DNA of 64,000 bases from an uncultured virus (IMG/VR IMGVR_UViG_3300032167_005167) (taxonomy: Duplodnaviria; Heunggongvirae; Uroviricota; Caudoviricetes): the IMG/VR virus record IMGVR_UViG_3300032167_005167, one strand, 5' to 3'. Made by a program: the position numbers and the translations under genes. Below, piece after piece: positions 1-9,669 of the stretch. A model generated the notes under the pieces. The model ran no database searches. It saw nothing but the letters and a program-made list of their open reading frames with translations, and was not told the DNA's origin. Each line of letters begins with the position of its first letter. The first letter of the stretch is position 1.

Positions 1-35
1 GCTTATTGCCGGGTGCCTTTTTTCTTTTCCAGAAG

Positions 36-133
36 CTTTCGCGGGATCGTACCCCTTTCGCGGGACAGTAGGGCTTTCGCGGAGCAGTACCCCTTTCGCG
101 GAACAGTAGGGGCCTTTCGCGGGATCGTTGGCC
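36..133. repeat. five tandem ~19-nt direct repeats with core CTTTCGCGG
   Basis: CTTTCGCGG starts at 36, 55, 74, 93 and 114 (spacing 19,19,19,21), followed by GATCGT or (G/A)(A/G)CAGTA. Confidence 0.85.
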
Positions 134-200
134 TTTTTCTTTATTTTTTACTGTGGACGTGATAGAATATATCTAATAACATCGTTAGGAAGTGACTTCA

Positions 201-1130
201 ATGGAAGAAGAGAGAAACATGAATGAGAACCCTGAGGAAGAAACCTGGGAATGCTTTTCTTCTGTTGGCGTTGAAGTTGATATCGATGATGTATTCGGTT
301 GCTTTGGCTTCAAAGATAAGAAAGGGAACATCAGAATAGAGCCTCAGTATTTGTCCTGCGGAGAATTTCACCATGGTCTTTGCCCGGTTGCGCTTGGTAG
401 AACGTGGTACCGCACGGTTGAAGGAAGACGGTATTATGAGATGCATTGGGGTTACATAGATAAAACCGGTAAGGTAGTAATTCCTTTCAAATACCGGGAG
501 GCATGGAACTTCAATAAATATGGCGTTGCCGTTGTTTGCGATGAGTATACCGGGAATGATTATCTGATCGATGTGAATGGCAAAAAGATCGAGAATATGT
601 CATATCCGCATGTATCTCATTATCATGTGTACGAGGAGCGTTTTATCGAATTTGCAACCACCAGAGAAGCTGATGATGGAACAGTAGGTCTTTATGATAC
701 GAAGGAGAGAAAAGTGGTCTATCCACCGGTTGCAGATAGTTTCGCGGAACTCGATGAAAACTGTATTCAAGTTGATGAGTATGATGCAAAAGGATTTGGA
801 TATATCAAGCAGCATTATATTAACGCCAATGGTGATGAATTGTATCCTTGGCTGGTCAATAAAGGGTATAGTTTTGTTCAACAGCCTAATCAAGATGGAT
901 TGGCGATCATATCAATAGCAGAATTCCATGAGGTACAGAATATAAATGAAGCCACTCATTTCTATCGTGATTTGGAAGGCGTTATTAAACATCTGTATGG
1001 AGTAGCAGATAAGACTGGAAGCTTGGTTATTCCTGCTGAATATGATTCGATTAAAGAGATAGGCAATGGTGTTTATGAGTGTAAAAAAGGAGAAGGTGTA
1101 TTCCTGCTCGGAGGCTGTCAGGATGAATGA
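201..1130 (+). CDS. WG-repeat (KWG-like) protein
   Basis: Repeated WGYIDKTGKVVIPFKY / FGFKDKKGNIRIEPQY / YGVADKTGSLVIPAEY units; start uncertain (192/201/219). Confidence 0.8.
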   Translation: MEEERNMNENPEEETWECFSSVGVEVDIDDVFGCFGFKDKKGNIRIEPQYLSCGEFHHGLCPVALGRTWYRTVEGRRYYEMHWGYIDKTGKVVIPFKYREAWNFNKYGVAVVCDEYTGNDYLIDVNGKKIENMSYPHVSHYHVYEERFIEFATTREADDGTVGLYDTKERKVVYPPVADSFAELDENCIQVDEYDAKGFGYIKQHYINANGDELYPWLVNKGYSFVQQPNQDGLAIISIAEFHEVQNINEATHFYRDLEGVIKHLYGVADKTGSLVIPAEYDSIKEIGNGVYECKKGEGVFLLGGCQDE

Positions 1131-1653
1131 TGAGCAGCTTCGCAGTGAAGCCAAATATGCACTTTGTGAAATGCCGCCGGATTTAGCGAAAGCGAAGCGA
1201 CTGCTGGATGAGCATCGCAAAGCCGGGCATGAAGATGCGTTTAATCATCTGCTTCTTCAGCTGGTCATGGAATATCCGCTGAATTCTCGGGAATGTGAAT
1301 CGTGCAAGGATAACATCGAATGCGTGAAAGCATGCCCGAAGTATACGCTGAAATATCTGCCGGATATTGTCCGTTTTTTTCTGCAAGAAGGATGGAATTG
1401 CCGAAAGTATGGAATCGCTCTTCTGAACGCACTCCTGTATATCACGGACGGCAAGGTCATTTTTGAAACGGCGAAGCTGATCTGTGAAGCGGGCTTTGAC
1501 GCTGCGCAGGAGGATTTTGATCGTTTGCTTGGATGTATTGCTGAAGCTGAGAGTCACTCACGGTGCAGTTGGGTTGATTGCGAAGCGGATGCTGATGATC
1601 TGGCTGAGTATTATGATGCTGTTTTGAGAATTAGCGAAGGGAAAGCATTCTAG
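1123..1653 (+). CDS. hypothetical protein (Cys-rich, helical)
   Basis: ATG after GGAGG, overlapping the upstream stop; CxxC..CxxxC cluster. Confidence 0.6.
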   Translation: MNDEQLRSEAKYALCEMPPDLAKAKRLLDEHRKAGHEDAFNHLLLQLVMEYPLNSRECESCKDNIECVKACPKYTLKYLPDIVRFFLQEGWNCRKYGIALLNALLYITDGKVIFETAKLICEAGFDAAQEDFDRLLGCIAEAESHSRCSWVDCEADADDLAEYYDAVLRISEGKAF

Positions 1654-1720
1654 GTTAAATGCTTTGTACATTGTTATATGTGACAATATGATAAGTGACC
1701 ACGGCTGGAGGGAAGCGTCC

Positions 1721-3334
1721 ATGAACGGGATTGATGATATTCGTGAATTGCTCATTGAGTTGACCAACAAGACAAATACGCTTGCTGAGGAACGCTGTGA
1801 CGAGGAGATTAAGGGTTTCTTGATGTCAGCGGCTTTGCGGATCTGGTCAAGCAATAAAATGTATGCGGAAGCATATGTGCAGGCCCTTAGTGCATTTGAT
1901 GGCACGAAATACTCGGTTGCGCAAATTGTAACGGCTTTGGATTGCGCAGGGGAACAGAAGCGGAGTCTTGCAATCCCGGTATTCTTCCAGAAGATCGTGC
2001 AGGAGAATGTGAAGAAAGGGAAGAACGATAGCCGCGATCTCATTGAATTGATCGGACGTACTCTTGCTTCGTTTGCATTGGTGAATGGAGATTTCACGAT
2101 TGAAGAAGCTTCTGCACTCCGTGCGATCACCGGTCAGCTAAGCGATTACTGCGATCATCAGAAGGTGGGCAAGGGTAAGTCTCTTGGCTATCACCCAGAA
2201 ATGATTACAGAATTGAGCCGTACGGGATACTATCAGAGTCCGAAAGAAAGACTCGAATCAGATACAAATGAAGAGCAGACTGTTCATTCGCCTGTAAAGC
2301 CTCCAGAGAGAAAGCAGGAACAGAACAAGAGAGAGAACAAGCCCTCGGACGAGAAAGTTCCTGTTACAATCAAAGATGAAGACAGTGGACTGACGTTTAC
2401 CTTGGATCTGAATAAGGATGATTTGCTGGGGAAGGACAACAAAGACAATAAGGAATCGGATAATACGCTCGGTGTTTCAGTCAACCGCCACGATGATCCA
2501 GAAGACTCAGAAGAAACATTAGAGAGTGTTCTGGCTGAACTAAATAGTCTTGTTGGGTTGGAACGAGTAAAGTATGATGTTCAGAGCTTGCTGAACTTCA
2601 TTCAGATTTGTAAGCTGAGAACAGAGCGCGGCATGAAGGTGCCGACGATGTCTTATCATCTGGTCTTTACGGGTAATCCGGGTACGGGCAAGACTACAGT
2701 TGCGCGTCTTGTTGCGAAGCTGTATTACCTGATGGGTATCCTGCCAAGCGGACAGTTGGTGGAAACGGATCGAAGTGGTCTGGTTGCCGGATATCTGGGA
2801 CAGACGGCGATTAAGACGCAGAAGGTTATTCAGGAAGCTTTGGGCGGTGTGCTTTTTATTGACGAGGCGTATGCACTTGCCAATGACAAAGAAGACAGCT
2901 ACGGCAAGGAAGCTATTGAAACGATCCTCAAAGCGATGGAAGATCACCGTGATGAACTTGTTGTGATCGTTGCTGGCTATGATGAATTGATGCACAAGTT
3001 CATCGATTCCAATCCGGGCTTGCGTTCCCGTTTCAATAAGTATTTCCATTTCCCAGACTATGATGGAGATGAACTTCTGAAGATTCTCAAGCGTTTCTGT
3101 GATACAAATGGATATGTGCTGGATCAGGAGACGATCCCATTCCTTAAAACGAAGCTTGATGATATGTATGCGCATCGCGAAGAACACTTTGGCAATGCTC
3201 GAGCAATTCGTAATCTCTTTGAACATGCGATTAATCTTCAGGCAACTAGACTGGTGAAGGATCCAGAGCTAACCAATGAAGAGTTGGCGACGCTGACGAC
3301 AGAAGATATTCTTCCGGCGATGGAGGTAATGTGA
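1721..3334 (+). CDS. AAA+ ATPase (SpoVK/CbbX-like) with N-terminal TerB-like helical region
   Basis: Walker A GNPGTGKT, Walker B VLFIDEAY, SNPGLRSRF, FGNARAIRN; N-terminal ALVNGDFTIEE resembles TerB; RBS GGAGG before 1721. Confidence 0.85.
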   Translation: MNGIDDIRELLIELTNKTNTLAEERCDEEIKGFLMSAALRIWSSNKMYAEAYVQALSAFDGTKYSVAQIVTALDCAGEQKRSLAIPVFFQKIVQENVKKGKNDSRDLIELIGRTLASFALVNGDFTIEEASALRAITGQLSDYCDHQKVGKGKSLGYHPEMITELSRTGYYQSPKERLESDTNEEQTVHSPVKPPERKQEQNKRENKPSDEKVPVTIKDEDSGLTFTLDLNKDDLLGKDNKDNKESDNTLGVSVNRHDDPEDSEETLESVLAELNSLVGLERVKYDVQSLLNFIQICKLRTERGMKVPTMSYHLVFTGNPGTGKTTVARLVAKLYYLMGILPSGQLVETDRSGLVAGYLGQTAIKTQKVIQEALGGVLFIDEAYALANDKEDSYGKEAIETILKAMEDHRDELVVIVAGYDELMHKFIDSNPGLRSRFNKYFHFPDYDGDELLKILKRFCDTNGYVLDQETIPFLKTKLDDMYAHREEHFGNARAIRNLFEHAINLQATRLVKDPELTNEELATLTTEDILPAMEVM

Positions 3335-3335
3335 G

Positions 3336-4232
3336 ATGGCTGAGCATACGTTTACGAATTGGTTGCAGTTCGAAGTACATTCTGCCAGATGCGCTCTCCT
3401 GAGGTTGTATGAAGAAGAAGCAAGGTTAAAATTTATTGAAGGACCGCGTCTTGAAAGAGAGTATATGGAAGCGGTTGGCAATTATGAGGAAACCGTTGTG
3501 CAAGAAGAGATGGAATGCGAATTGCTGACCACGAAACAAAGGCTTGTTCAGGCGGCAATCAATCGCAGAGAAGAGATCGATGAAGCCGCTATTGATGAGA
3601 AGATTAATGAGCTTCGCAAAGATATGACGGATGCTGCTGCCGGGACCCCTCCTCCGCAGCCCTATGCAGAGCTTTCGCCCGAGCAGTCTGGTGAACTGCA
3701 AGAGTTATATAGCAAGATTGTGAAGCAATTCCATCCGAGTATGCATCCAGAAATGACAGAAGCAGAGCGTCAACTGTATCAGAAGGCACAGGAAGCATAT
3801 CGCCTGAGGGACCTTCAGGCACTAAACCTAATCTGGGAAATGCTGACGGCATCGGATGGCGAAGGATTCGAGTTAGCGTTTGAAATGTCTATGAGCGTGG
3901 GGAAGGGTGAAGAAGAAGTTCCAGACAGGGACTATTCGACAGACTATTCTTTGGCTTCTACACTCTATGGAAGCTTTATTCCGCTTCAGGAAGAAGCTGC
4001 TATTGTAGAGGAATGGGAAAACTATATGGACAAGACCAACTCTATGATGGAACAGATTCAGAAGATGAAGCAGGAGTTTCCATATAGCGCGCAGGAAATG
4101 CTTTCCGATCCGCAGCAAGTTCAGGCCTATAAGCAGGAACTGGAACAGCGGATGCGCAATGCTCAGAAGGAGCGTGAGCAATTGACGCAGGATATTCAGA
4201 AGATGATCGGAGGTGCAAAGGTTCGTGGATAA
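3336..4232 (+). CDS. coiled-coil protein with degenerate J-domain
   Basis: LYSKIVKQFHPSMHP...QLYQKAQEAY resembles J-domain helices II-III with HPD changed to HPS. Confidence 0.6.
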   Translation: MAEHTFTNWLQFEVHSARCALLRLYEEEARLKFIEGPRLEREYMEAVGNYEETVVQEEMECELLTTKQRLVQAAINRREEIDEAAIDEKINELRKDMTDAAAGTPPPQPYAELSPEQSGELQELYSKIVKQFHPSMHPEMTEAERQLYQKAQEAYRLRDLQALNLIWEMLTASDGEGFELAFEMSMSVGKGEEEVPDRDYSTDYSLASTLYGSFIPLQEEAAIVEEWENYMDKTNSMMEQIQKMKQEFPYSAQEMLSDPQQVQAYKQELEQRMRNAQKEREQLTQDIQKMIGGAKVRG

Positions 4233-4674
4233 GCAAATGCAAGAGGCACCGCAATCTTTGCGCGGAAGGCTCTTCAAGAGAGATGACACCAGACGAAAAG
4301 AGCATCAGATTCTGGTACTTCAAACAGGGATTGCAGGACTGCAGCATCATATAGAAAATGAAGAAGAGCAGCAGAGAATCAATGATCTGACGCCGGGAAC
4401 GGAACTCAAGCTCTTTAGAGAACCAGAGAATGAGCATGATGAGTGGGCGATTGCTGTGTATATCACGGATGACGATAAGCTGGGATATATATCTCGATTT
4501 AAGAATGAAACAATCGCGCGACTAATGGACGCTGGCAAGAAGTTTACGGCAATTGTGGATGATCCTGAAGAACGTGCTAAACAGGAAGAAGAAGAAAAAG
4601 GGATAAAGAGACGTTCTGCTTATACGGAGAATATAGCTCTGCCGTTTTCTGTGTATCTTGTCGAAATGGATTAA
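4225..4674 (+). CDS. HIRAN domain protein
   Basis: IAGLQHH, LFREPENEHDEWAIAVY, KLGYI motifs. Confidence 0.85.
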   Translation: MDKQMQEAPQSLRGRLFKRDDTRRKEHQILVLQTGIAGLQHHIENEEEQQRINDLTPGTELKLFREPENEHDEWAIAVYITDDDKLGYISRFKNETIARLMDAGKKFTAIVDDPEERAKQEEEEKGIKRRSAYTENIALPFSVYLVEMD

Positions 4675-4790
4675 GTGTTGTATGCAAAGTGTTTATCACC
4701 TTTTTAAGTGCATGATGTATTAATTAAATTGGAGAAATCGATCTTGGCATAATATTATTGAAAAGAATAAAGAGCTATATGATCGCTAGA

Positions 4791-5237
4791 TCAATATAGC
4801 TCTTTTGTGATTGTTGAATCAGCATTAAGAAGGTTGGCTTCTCGTAGCTTTCTTTGCAAAAGATGTAGGTTTTTGCTTTTAAGTTCACATTCCCAAATGC
4901 GTAGAACTATCCAGCCACGAGATGAAAATCGAGCAGTGATTTCTACATCATGCTGCATATTTCGTTCGCGTTTTTTATCCCAATAAGGTTTATTTGTTGC
5001 GGGCTTTGTATTTCGACAATCGTGGCCGTGCCAAAAGCATCCGTCAACAAATACAGCGATATGCTTCTTGGGGAAGATGAAATCAGGATGACCGATAACA
5101 TCATAGTTTCTCCGCCAACCGGTGATATGGTATTGATCAAATAGAGCTATTAATCGCTGTTCAGTTGATTTGTTACCGTTCGATCGGACTTTTTGCATGA
5201 TAGCAGATCTTTTTTCGACAGAAAACGTATCGCCCAT
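4791..5237 (-). CDS. vsr: very short patch repair endonuclease
   Basis: RSAIMQKVRS, GHPDF, VFVDGCFWHGH, W+VLRIWECE. Confidence 0.92.
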   Translation of the reverse strand: MGDTFSVEKRSAIMQKVRSNGNKSTEQRLIALFDQYHITGWRRNYDVIGHPDFIFPKKHIAVFVDGCFWHGHDCRNTKPATNKPYWDKKRERNMQHDVEITARFSSRGWIVLRIWECELKSKNLHLLQRKLREANLLNADSTITKELY

Positions 5238-5280
5238 TAATATCACCTAAATAGCCGCAGAATCTGTCTGCGGCTATGAG

Positions 5281-5583
5281 TCACTTTGCTATATCAGAAA
5301 GATACATGAAGTATTTCTTGGTAGCACAGGAAATAGTATCCATCTGGTTTGTTCCCAAGGGTAAATCAACTGGTTCCTTTATTTCGATGCCACGGCGGGA
5401 TATAAGCTTAATTATTTCTGCTCCACGGTCCTTGGAAAACTCATTCTCGAAGGAAAAGTTGTCTCGCGTAGCTTGAAAAGCACGTTCCACACGATGTGCT
5501 CGAGACACGCAATCACGAATGAGCTTCTCATTCGTGTATATTCCTTTGTTGTATAGCCATTCTTTAAAGGCCTTCGGGTTCAT
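5281..5583 (-). CDS. hypothetical protein within the RM module
   Basis: 100-aa ORF overlapping the stop of the upstream putative REase. Confidence 0.6.
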   Translation of the reverse strand: MNPKAFKEWLYNKGIYTNEKLIRDCVSRAHRVERAFQATRDNFSFENEFSKDRGAEIIKLISRRGIEIKEPVDLPLGTNQMDTISCATKKYFMYLSDIAK

Positions 5584-6326
5584 AAATGATCCTCAACTTT
5601 CATGATCCAGTGCTTATCAAAACTGAGTGCTTTTAGCACGCTAGCTTTGTCAAGCTTTTCGGGTTTACGCAGACGCAGGTGTAACCGATTCTTAGGGATT
5701 TCTTCAATTATTGTAAATTGACTACCATGTGGTTGCCAAGTAAACTTATGAATATGCCCGATCTTCGAATATCCTTCTAGATTGCCACGGTTATTCCATA
5801 CGAAATAATACTTTTCGGACTCATATCTGATAGTTTCAGTTTCGAAGACAAGGTATTCATCATACTCCGGCCCTTTTACTAGAACGACAGTTCGTGCGAA
5901 TTTGAAATATTGTCTAATTCCAGAAACACGCTCATTCCAAATATCTAGAACCATTGAGCCAATTTCATTTGGATCAGCTTCAGTGATTCGATCTACTCCG
6001 AAGCTATAGGTTGGTGAGTTTCGGCCACTAATTAGTCTCACATGTTCTTGGGTTGAGATATTAGAACTTGACTTTACGGTTTTTGCACTCCAACAACAAT
6101 TGTCTAGAACAACATCATCAAGACCGACATTTGATGGAAGCCATTTTGCCCCTATACAGTTTGCAAATACTTGTTCCCATTCGTTTCCTTCTAAAGACAT
6201 CGCAGATTTTGTGGCAAGCATATATACAATCTCTTCAGCAAAACGCTCGATGAACGCAGATGGGAATTGATTCAGCGGATAGGGTGGAACCGCTTTGTTC
6301 ACTGTACGCAGTCTTGGTTCTGGCAT
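5580..6326 (-). CDS. putative type II restriction endonuclease
   Basis: Divergent from a C5 MTase and co-oriented with vsr; PD-(D/E)xK-like segment EWE..GLDDV..WSAKTVK; AT-rich; RBS GGGAG before ATG 6326. Confidence 0.6.
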   Translation of the reverse strand: MPEPRLRTVNKAVPPYPLNQFPSAFIERFAEEIVYMLATKSAMSLEGNEWEQVFANCIGAKWLPSNVGLDDVVLDNCCWSAKTVKSSSNISTQEHVRLISGRNSPTYSFGVDRITEADPNEIGSMVLDIWNERVSGIRQYFKFARTVVLVKGPEYDEYLVFETETIRYESEKYYFVWNNRGNLEGYSKIGHIHKFTWQPHGSQFTIIEEIPKNRLHLRLRKPEKLDKASVLKALSFDKHWIMKVEDHL

Positions 6327-6521
6327 AAAAACACTCCCCCCAAGAAGAATATATATATATTCTATCACATAGACGAAAAATTGTATAGACTTCAACCGAA
6401 TTTGACATTGTTCTACAAGAATAGAGTAACGGAGTCTCAAGTTTAACTGGACAATTAATTGATACTGAGTTATACTAAATGAGAAGTCTGCTTCGCATTT
6501 TTGTGAATTGGTGGTATAATT

Positions 6522-7718
6522 ATGATTTCGAATGTAACAACGGTAAGAAAGCGCATAGGTATAACTCAGGAGGAATTGGCGAATCGGATTGGAATTAGTC
6601 GCAGAGCGTTATCATCAATAGAGAAAGCAGCTTCTATTCCGGCTGTTGATGTTGCAATTAGAATTGCAAATCAGTTGGGGGTAACGGTTGAGGAACTATT
6701 CTGGATATCAGAGAGCAGAGAGGACAAAAGTAAGGAAATGATTACACCTGTGGCGCACCCGGCCGTAACGCGATGGGAAACATTTAGATTCATAGATTTG
6801 TTCGCTGGTATTGGCGGAATTCGTTTGGGATTTGAATCTGTCGGTGGTAAATGTGTGTTTTCTTCGGAGTTTGATGAGGATGCTTGTAAAACGTATGAAG
6901 CTAACTTTGGAGAACATCCGTCTGGAGATATAACAAAGATTGAATCGCAGGAGATACCTGAATTTGATATTTTGCTGGGAGGTTTTCCTTGTCAAGCTTT
7001 TTCAATTATTGGAAAGAAGGAAGGTTTTTCCAATGAAACTTGTGGAACACTATTCTTTGAAATTGAAAGAATCTTAAAAGAAAAACGTCCGCCAGCTTTC
7101 ATGCTGGAAAACGTCCGAAATTTAACGGCACATGATAATGGCAATACTTTCAGAGTGATTCGTGAACATTTGACAGCTTTAGGGTATCATGTACACGCAA
7201 AAGTCCTTAATGCACTTGATTATGGTGTTCCTCAGAAACGTGAGAGAATAATAATCGTTGGTTTTCTTGAAGATGTTGAATTTGAGTTTCCCCCGCCAGT
7301 TCCAAAGGAAGATAGAAAAACCCTTAGTGATATTTTGGAAAGCTCTGTAGATCGGAAGTACTATGTTCGTGATGAAATCCGGATATCTAGGTTAGCTCGT
7401 ATCAATGACAAGAATTATCCAAAGCCTTATATTTCTCACGAAAACATGGCTGGTTCAGTTACACCCCATCCGTATTCGTCAGCATTACGTGCTGGTGCTT
7501 CGGCAAACTATATACTGATTAATGATGAGCGAAGACCTACTGAACGCGAAATGCTTAGAATTCAAGGGTTTCCAGACTCCTTCAAGATTGTTGTTCCTTA
7601 TGGGAAAGTAAAAAAACAATGTGGAAATTCTGTCGCGGTACCTGTGATTAAAGCTGTAGCTAAACAAATGCTGAACGCATTAAGAAATCATGAACAGGGT
7701 AGAAGCAAAGAAGAATGA
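6522..7718 (+). CDS. dcm: DNA (cytosine-5)-methyltransferase with N-terminal XRE HTH
   Basis: DLFAGIGG, GFPCQAFS, ENV, QKRER, GNSV motifs; N-terminal TQEELANRIGISR HTH. Confidence 0.93.
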   Translation: MISNVTTVRKRIGITQEELANRIGISRRALSSIEKAASIPAVDVAIRIANQLGVTVEELFWISESREDKSKEMITPVAHPAVTRWETFRFIDLFAGIGGIRLGFESVGGKCVFSSEFDEDACKTYEANFGEHPSGDITKIESQEIPEFDILLGGFPCQAFSIIGKKEGFSNETCGTLFFEIERILKEKRPPAFMLENVRNLTAHDNGNTFRVIREHLTALGYHVHAKVLNALDYGVPQKRERIIIVGFLEDVEFEFPPPVPKEDRKTLSDILESSVDRKYYVRDEIRISRLARINDKNYPKPYISHENMAGSVTPHPYSSALRAGASANYILINDERRPTEREMLRIQGFPDSFKIVVPYGKVKKQCGNSVAVPVIKAVAKQMLNALRNHEQGRSKEE

Positions 7719-7813
7719 TTCATAGAGCACATAACTGAGTGTGCCATGCATTCGATCAACCAAAGCTTGGCGGAGCAATCCTTTGAGAATTCTGGTATTG
7801 AGGGGTGTAGAAG

Positions 7814-8143
7814 ATGGCAAAGCAGATCAAGAGCCAAAAAGGCCTTTTCGGTACGACAGTTCATTATGATGAGCGTGGAAGAAAAGTTGGTGAAAGCAGA
7901 CCAGGCTTGTTTGGTGACACGATTCATTACGACGCGAAAGGCAAAAAGGTAGGGGAAAGCCGAAGAGGGCTTTTCGGAGGTACCAACAATTATGACTCTA
8001 AAGGTCATAAGGTAGGAAGATCTGCGCCGGGGCTCTTTGGCGGAACGAATCATTATGATAGTCATGGCCACAAGGTCGGAGATAGCCATCGAGGTTTCTT
8101 CGGAAGTACTAATACTCGCTGGGATGATGAACATAAGTGTTAA
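7814..8143 (+). CDS. small protein of ~4.5 tandem 21-aa Gly-rich repeats
   Basis: Repeat SxxGLFGxTxHYDxxGxKVG(E); RBS GAGGGG. Confidence 0.7.
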   Translation: MAKQIKSQKGLFGTTVHYDERGRKVGESRPGLFGDTIHYDAKGKKVGESRRGLFGGTNNYDSKGHKVGRSAPGLFGGTNHYDSHGHKVGDSHRGFFGSTNTRWDDEHKC

Positions 8144-8180
8144 GCTGAAAGAATCGGATATTTTGTGGGAATAATGAAAA

Positions 8181-8224
8181 GTCGCTTTTTAAGCGACCAT
8201 TTAGCCTAATAAACCTCCTATAAT
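8181..8224 (+). promoter_or_regulatory. palindromic operator GTCGCTT-N4-AGCGAC abutting a promoter (-10 TATAAT)
   Basis: A near-identical motif occupies the same position upstream of 10737. Confidence 0.55.
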
Positions 8225-8265
8225 GTGGTCATAAACAAGAGATCACATCATAGGAGGTTTTAATT

Positions 8266-8910
8266 ATGAAGAAGAATCTGACTGAACTGGTTTTTATCCT
8301 TGATCGGAGCGGTTCAATGAGCGGCTTGGAGAGCGACACCATTGGCGGTTTCAATGCTATGCTTGCTAAGCAGCGGAGAATGGAAGGCGAGGCATACGTC
8401 TCTACGGTGCTCTTCGACAATGAGAGTATCGTGATCCACGATCGTGTGGACATCCAAAAGGTTGAGCCAATGACGGAGGAACAGTATTCAGTTCGCGGCT
8501 GTACTGCTCTGCTGGATGCAGTGGGCAAGGCAATTCATCACATCGGCAATGTTCATAAGTACGCACGTGAGGAGGATCGTCCGGAGCATACGCTCTTTGT
8601 GATTACGACGGACGGCATGGAAAATGCCAGTCGACGTTATACGGCTGAGCAAGTGCGTCAGAAGATCGAACGCCAAAAGGCAAAGTATGGCTGGGAATTC
8701 CTCTTCCTCGGAGCGAACACCGATGCGGTTGAAACCGCCCGTCGTATCGGTATTGACAAAAAGAGAGCTGTGAGCTATCATAGCGACCACGAAGGAACCC
8801 AGCTGAATTATGAGGTGATCAGCGAGGCCGTCAGCTGTATGCGCAGTTCTGCAGAGATTCCTGAAAAGTGGTCTGAACGCATCGAAGAGGACTACTGCAG
8901 AAGGAGGTAA
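8266..8910 (+). CDS. vWA domain protein
   Basis: MIDAS DRSGSM, GCTALLDA, VITTDG. Confidence 0.9.
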   Translation: MKKNLTELVFILDRSGSMSGLESDTIGGFNAMLAKQRRMEGEAYVSTVLFDNESIVIHDRVDIQKVEPMTEEQYSVRGCTALLDAVGKAIHHIGNVHKYAREEDRPEHTLFVITTDGMENASRRYTAEQVRQKIERQKAKYGWEFLFLGANTDAVETARRIGIDKKRAVSYHSDHEGTQLNYEVISEAVSCMRSSAEIPEKWSERIEEDYCRRR

Positions 8911-8915
8911 GCAGC

Positions 8916-9656
8916 ATGACTGATGAAAACACAATCTTTACCGTGAGCGACACGCATGCCCATGTTGTGTTTGACGTGGACGACGGCGCGATGAATCTTG
9001 AGATGTCTTTGGAGCTTCTGCGGATGGCATATCGTGAAGGTATCCGAGACATGATCTGTGCCTCTCATAGCTGGGGCGATCTGGATCGCTATCATGAAAA
9101 TCTGGAGGTTCTCAAAAAGGCAGCAAGGGAGCAGAAAATTGATGTGAATCTGTATCCAGGTTGCGAGGTGCATTGCCGGAAACAGGACCTTAGCGATCTG
9201 ATCCATGAACTGAGTATTGGTTTCTTCCCGACAGCAAATGGAACAGACTATGTACTGATCGAGTTTTCGCCTAATGCCTATCCGGAAGATATTCTGCTGT
9301 ATGCACGGATGCTGAAGGAGAAAACAGGCAAGAAGATTGTGGTTGCTCACATCGAGCGTTGTCGCCATCTTGAGAAACGCATGGATGTGGTTGAGCAACT
9401 GCAGGCTATGGGATGCCTACTTCAGCTGAATGCGTATAGCCTTGTCAGGGAATCACGTCCGGAGACAAAGGCGTTTGCGAGGCAACTGATCGCTGAAAAA
9501 CGAATCACATTCCTTGGCTCGGATTGCCATCGGACGAACCATAGACCGCCTAAAGTTCAGGCTGGTCTGCGTTATATCCACGAAACCTGTGATCCGGCAT
9601 ACGCCCGTGCTATCTGCACGGAAAACGCACAGAAGCTCTTGTTTTACCGAATTTGA
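8916..9656 (+). CDS. PHP-family (CpsB/CapC-like) protein tyrosine phosphatase
   Basis: DTHAH..DDGA, AHIER, GSDCH. Confidence 0.85.
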   Translation: MTDENTIFTVSDTHAHVVFDVDDGAMNLEMSLELLRMAYREGIRDMICASHSWGDLDRYHENLEVLKKAAREQKIDVNLYPGCEVHCRKQDLSDLIHELSIGFFPTANGTDYVLIEFSPNAYPEDILLYARMLKEKTGKKIVVAHIERCRHLEKRMDVVEQLQAMGCLLQLNAYSLVRESRPETKAFARQLIAEKRITFLGSDCHRTNHRPPKVQAGLRYIHETCDPAYARAICTENAQKLLFYRI

Positions 9657-9669
9657 AAGGGGGCTCTTC

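Noticed and set aside
36..133. CRISPR array
   Set aside because: Units are only 19 nt with no unique spacers, and no cas genes are present
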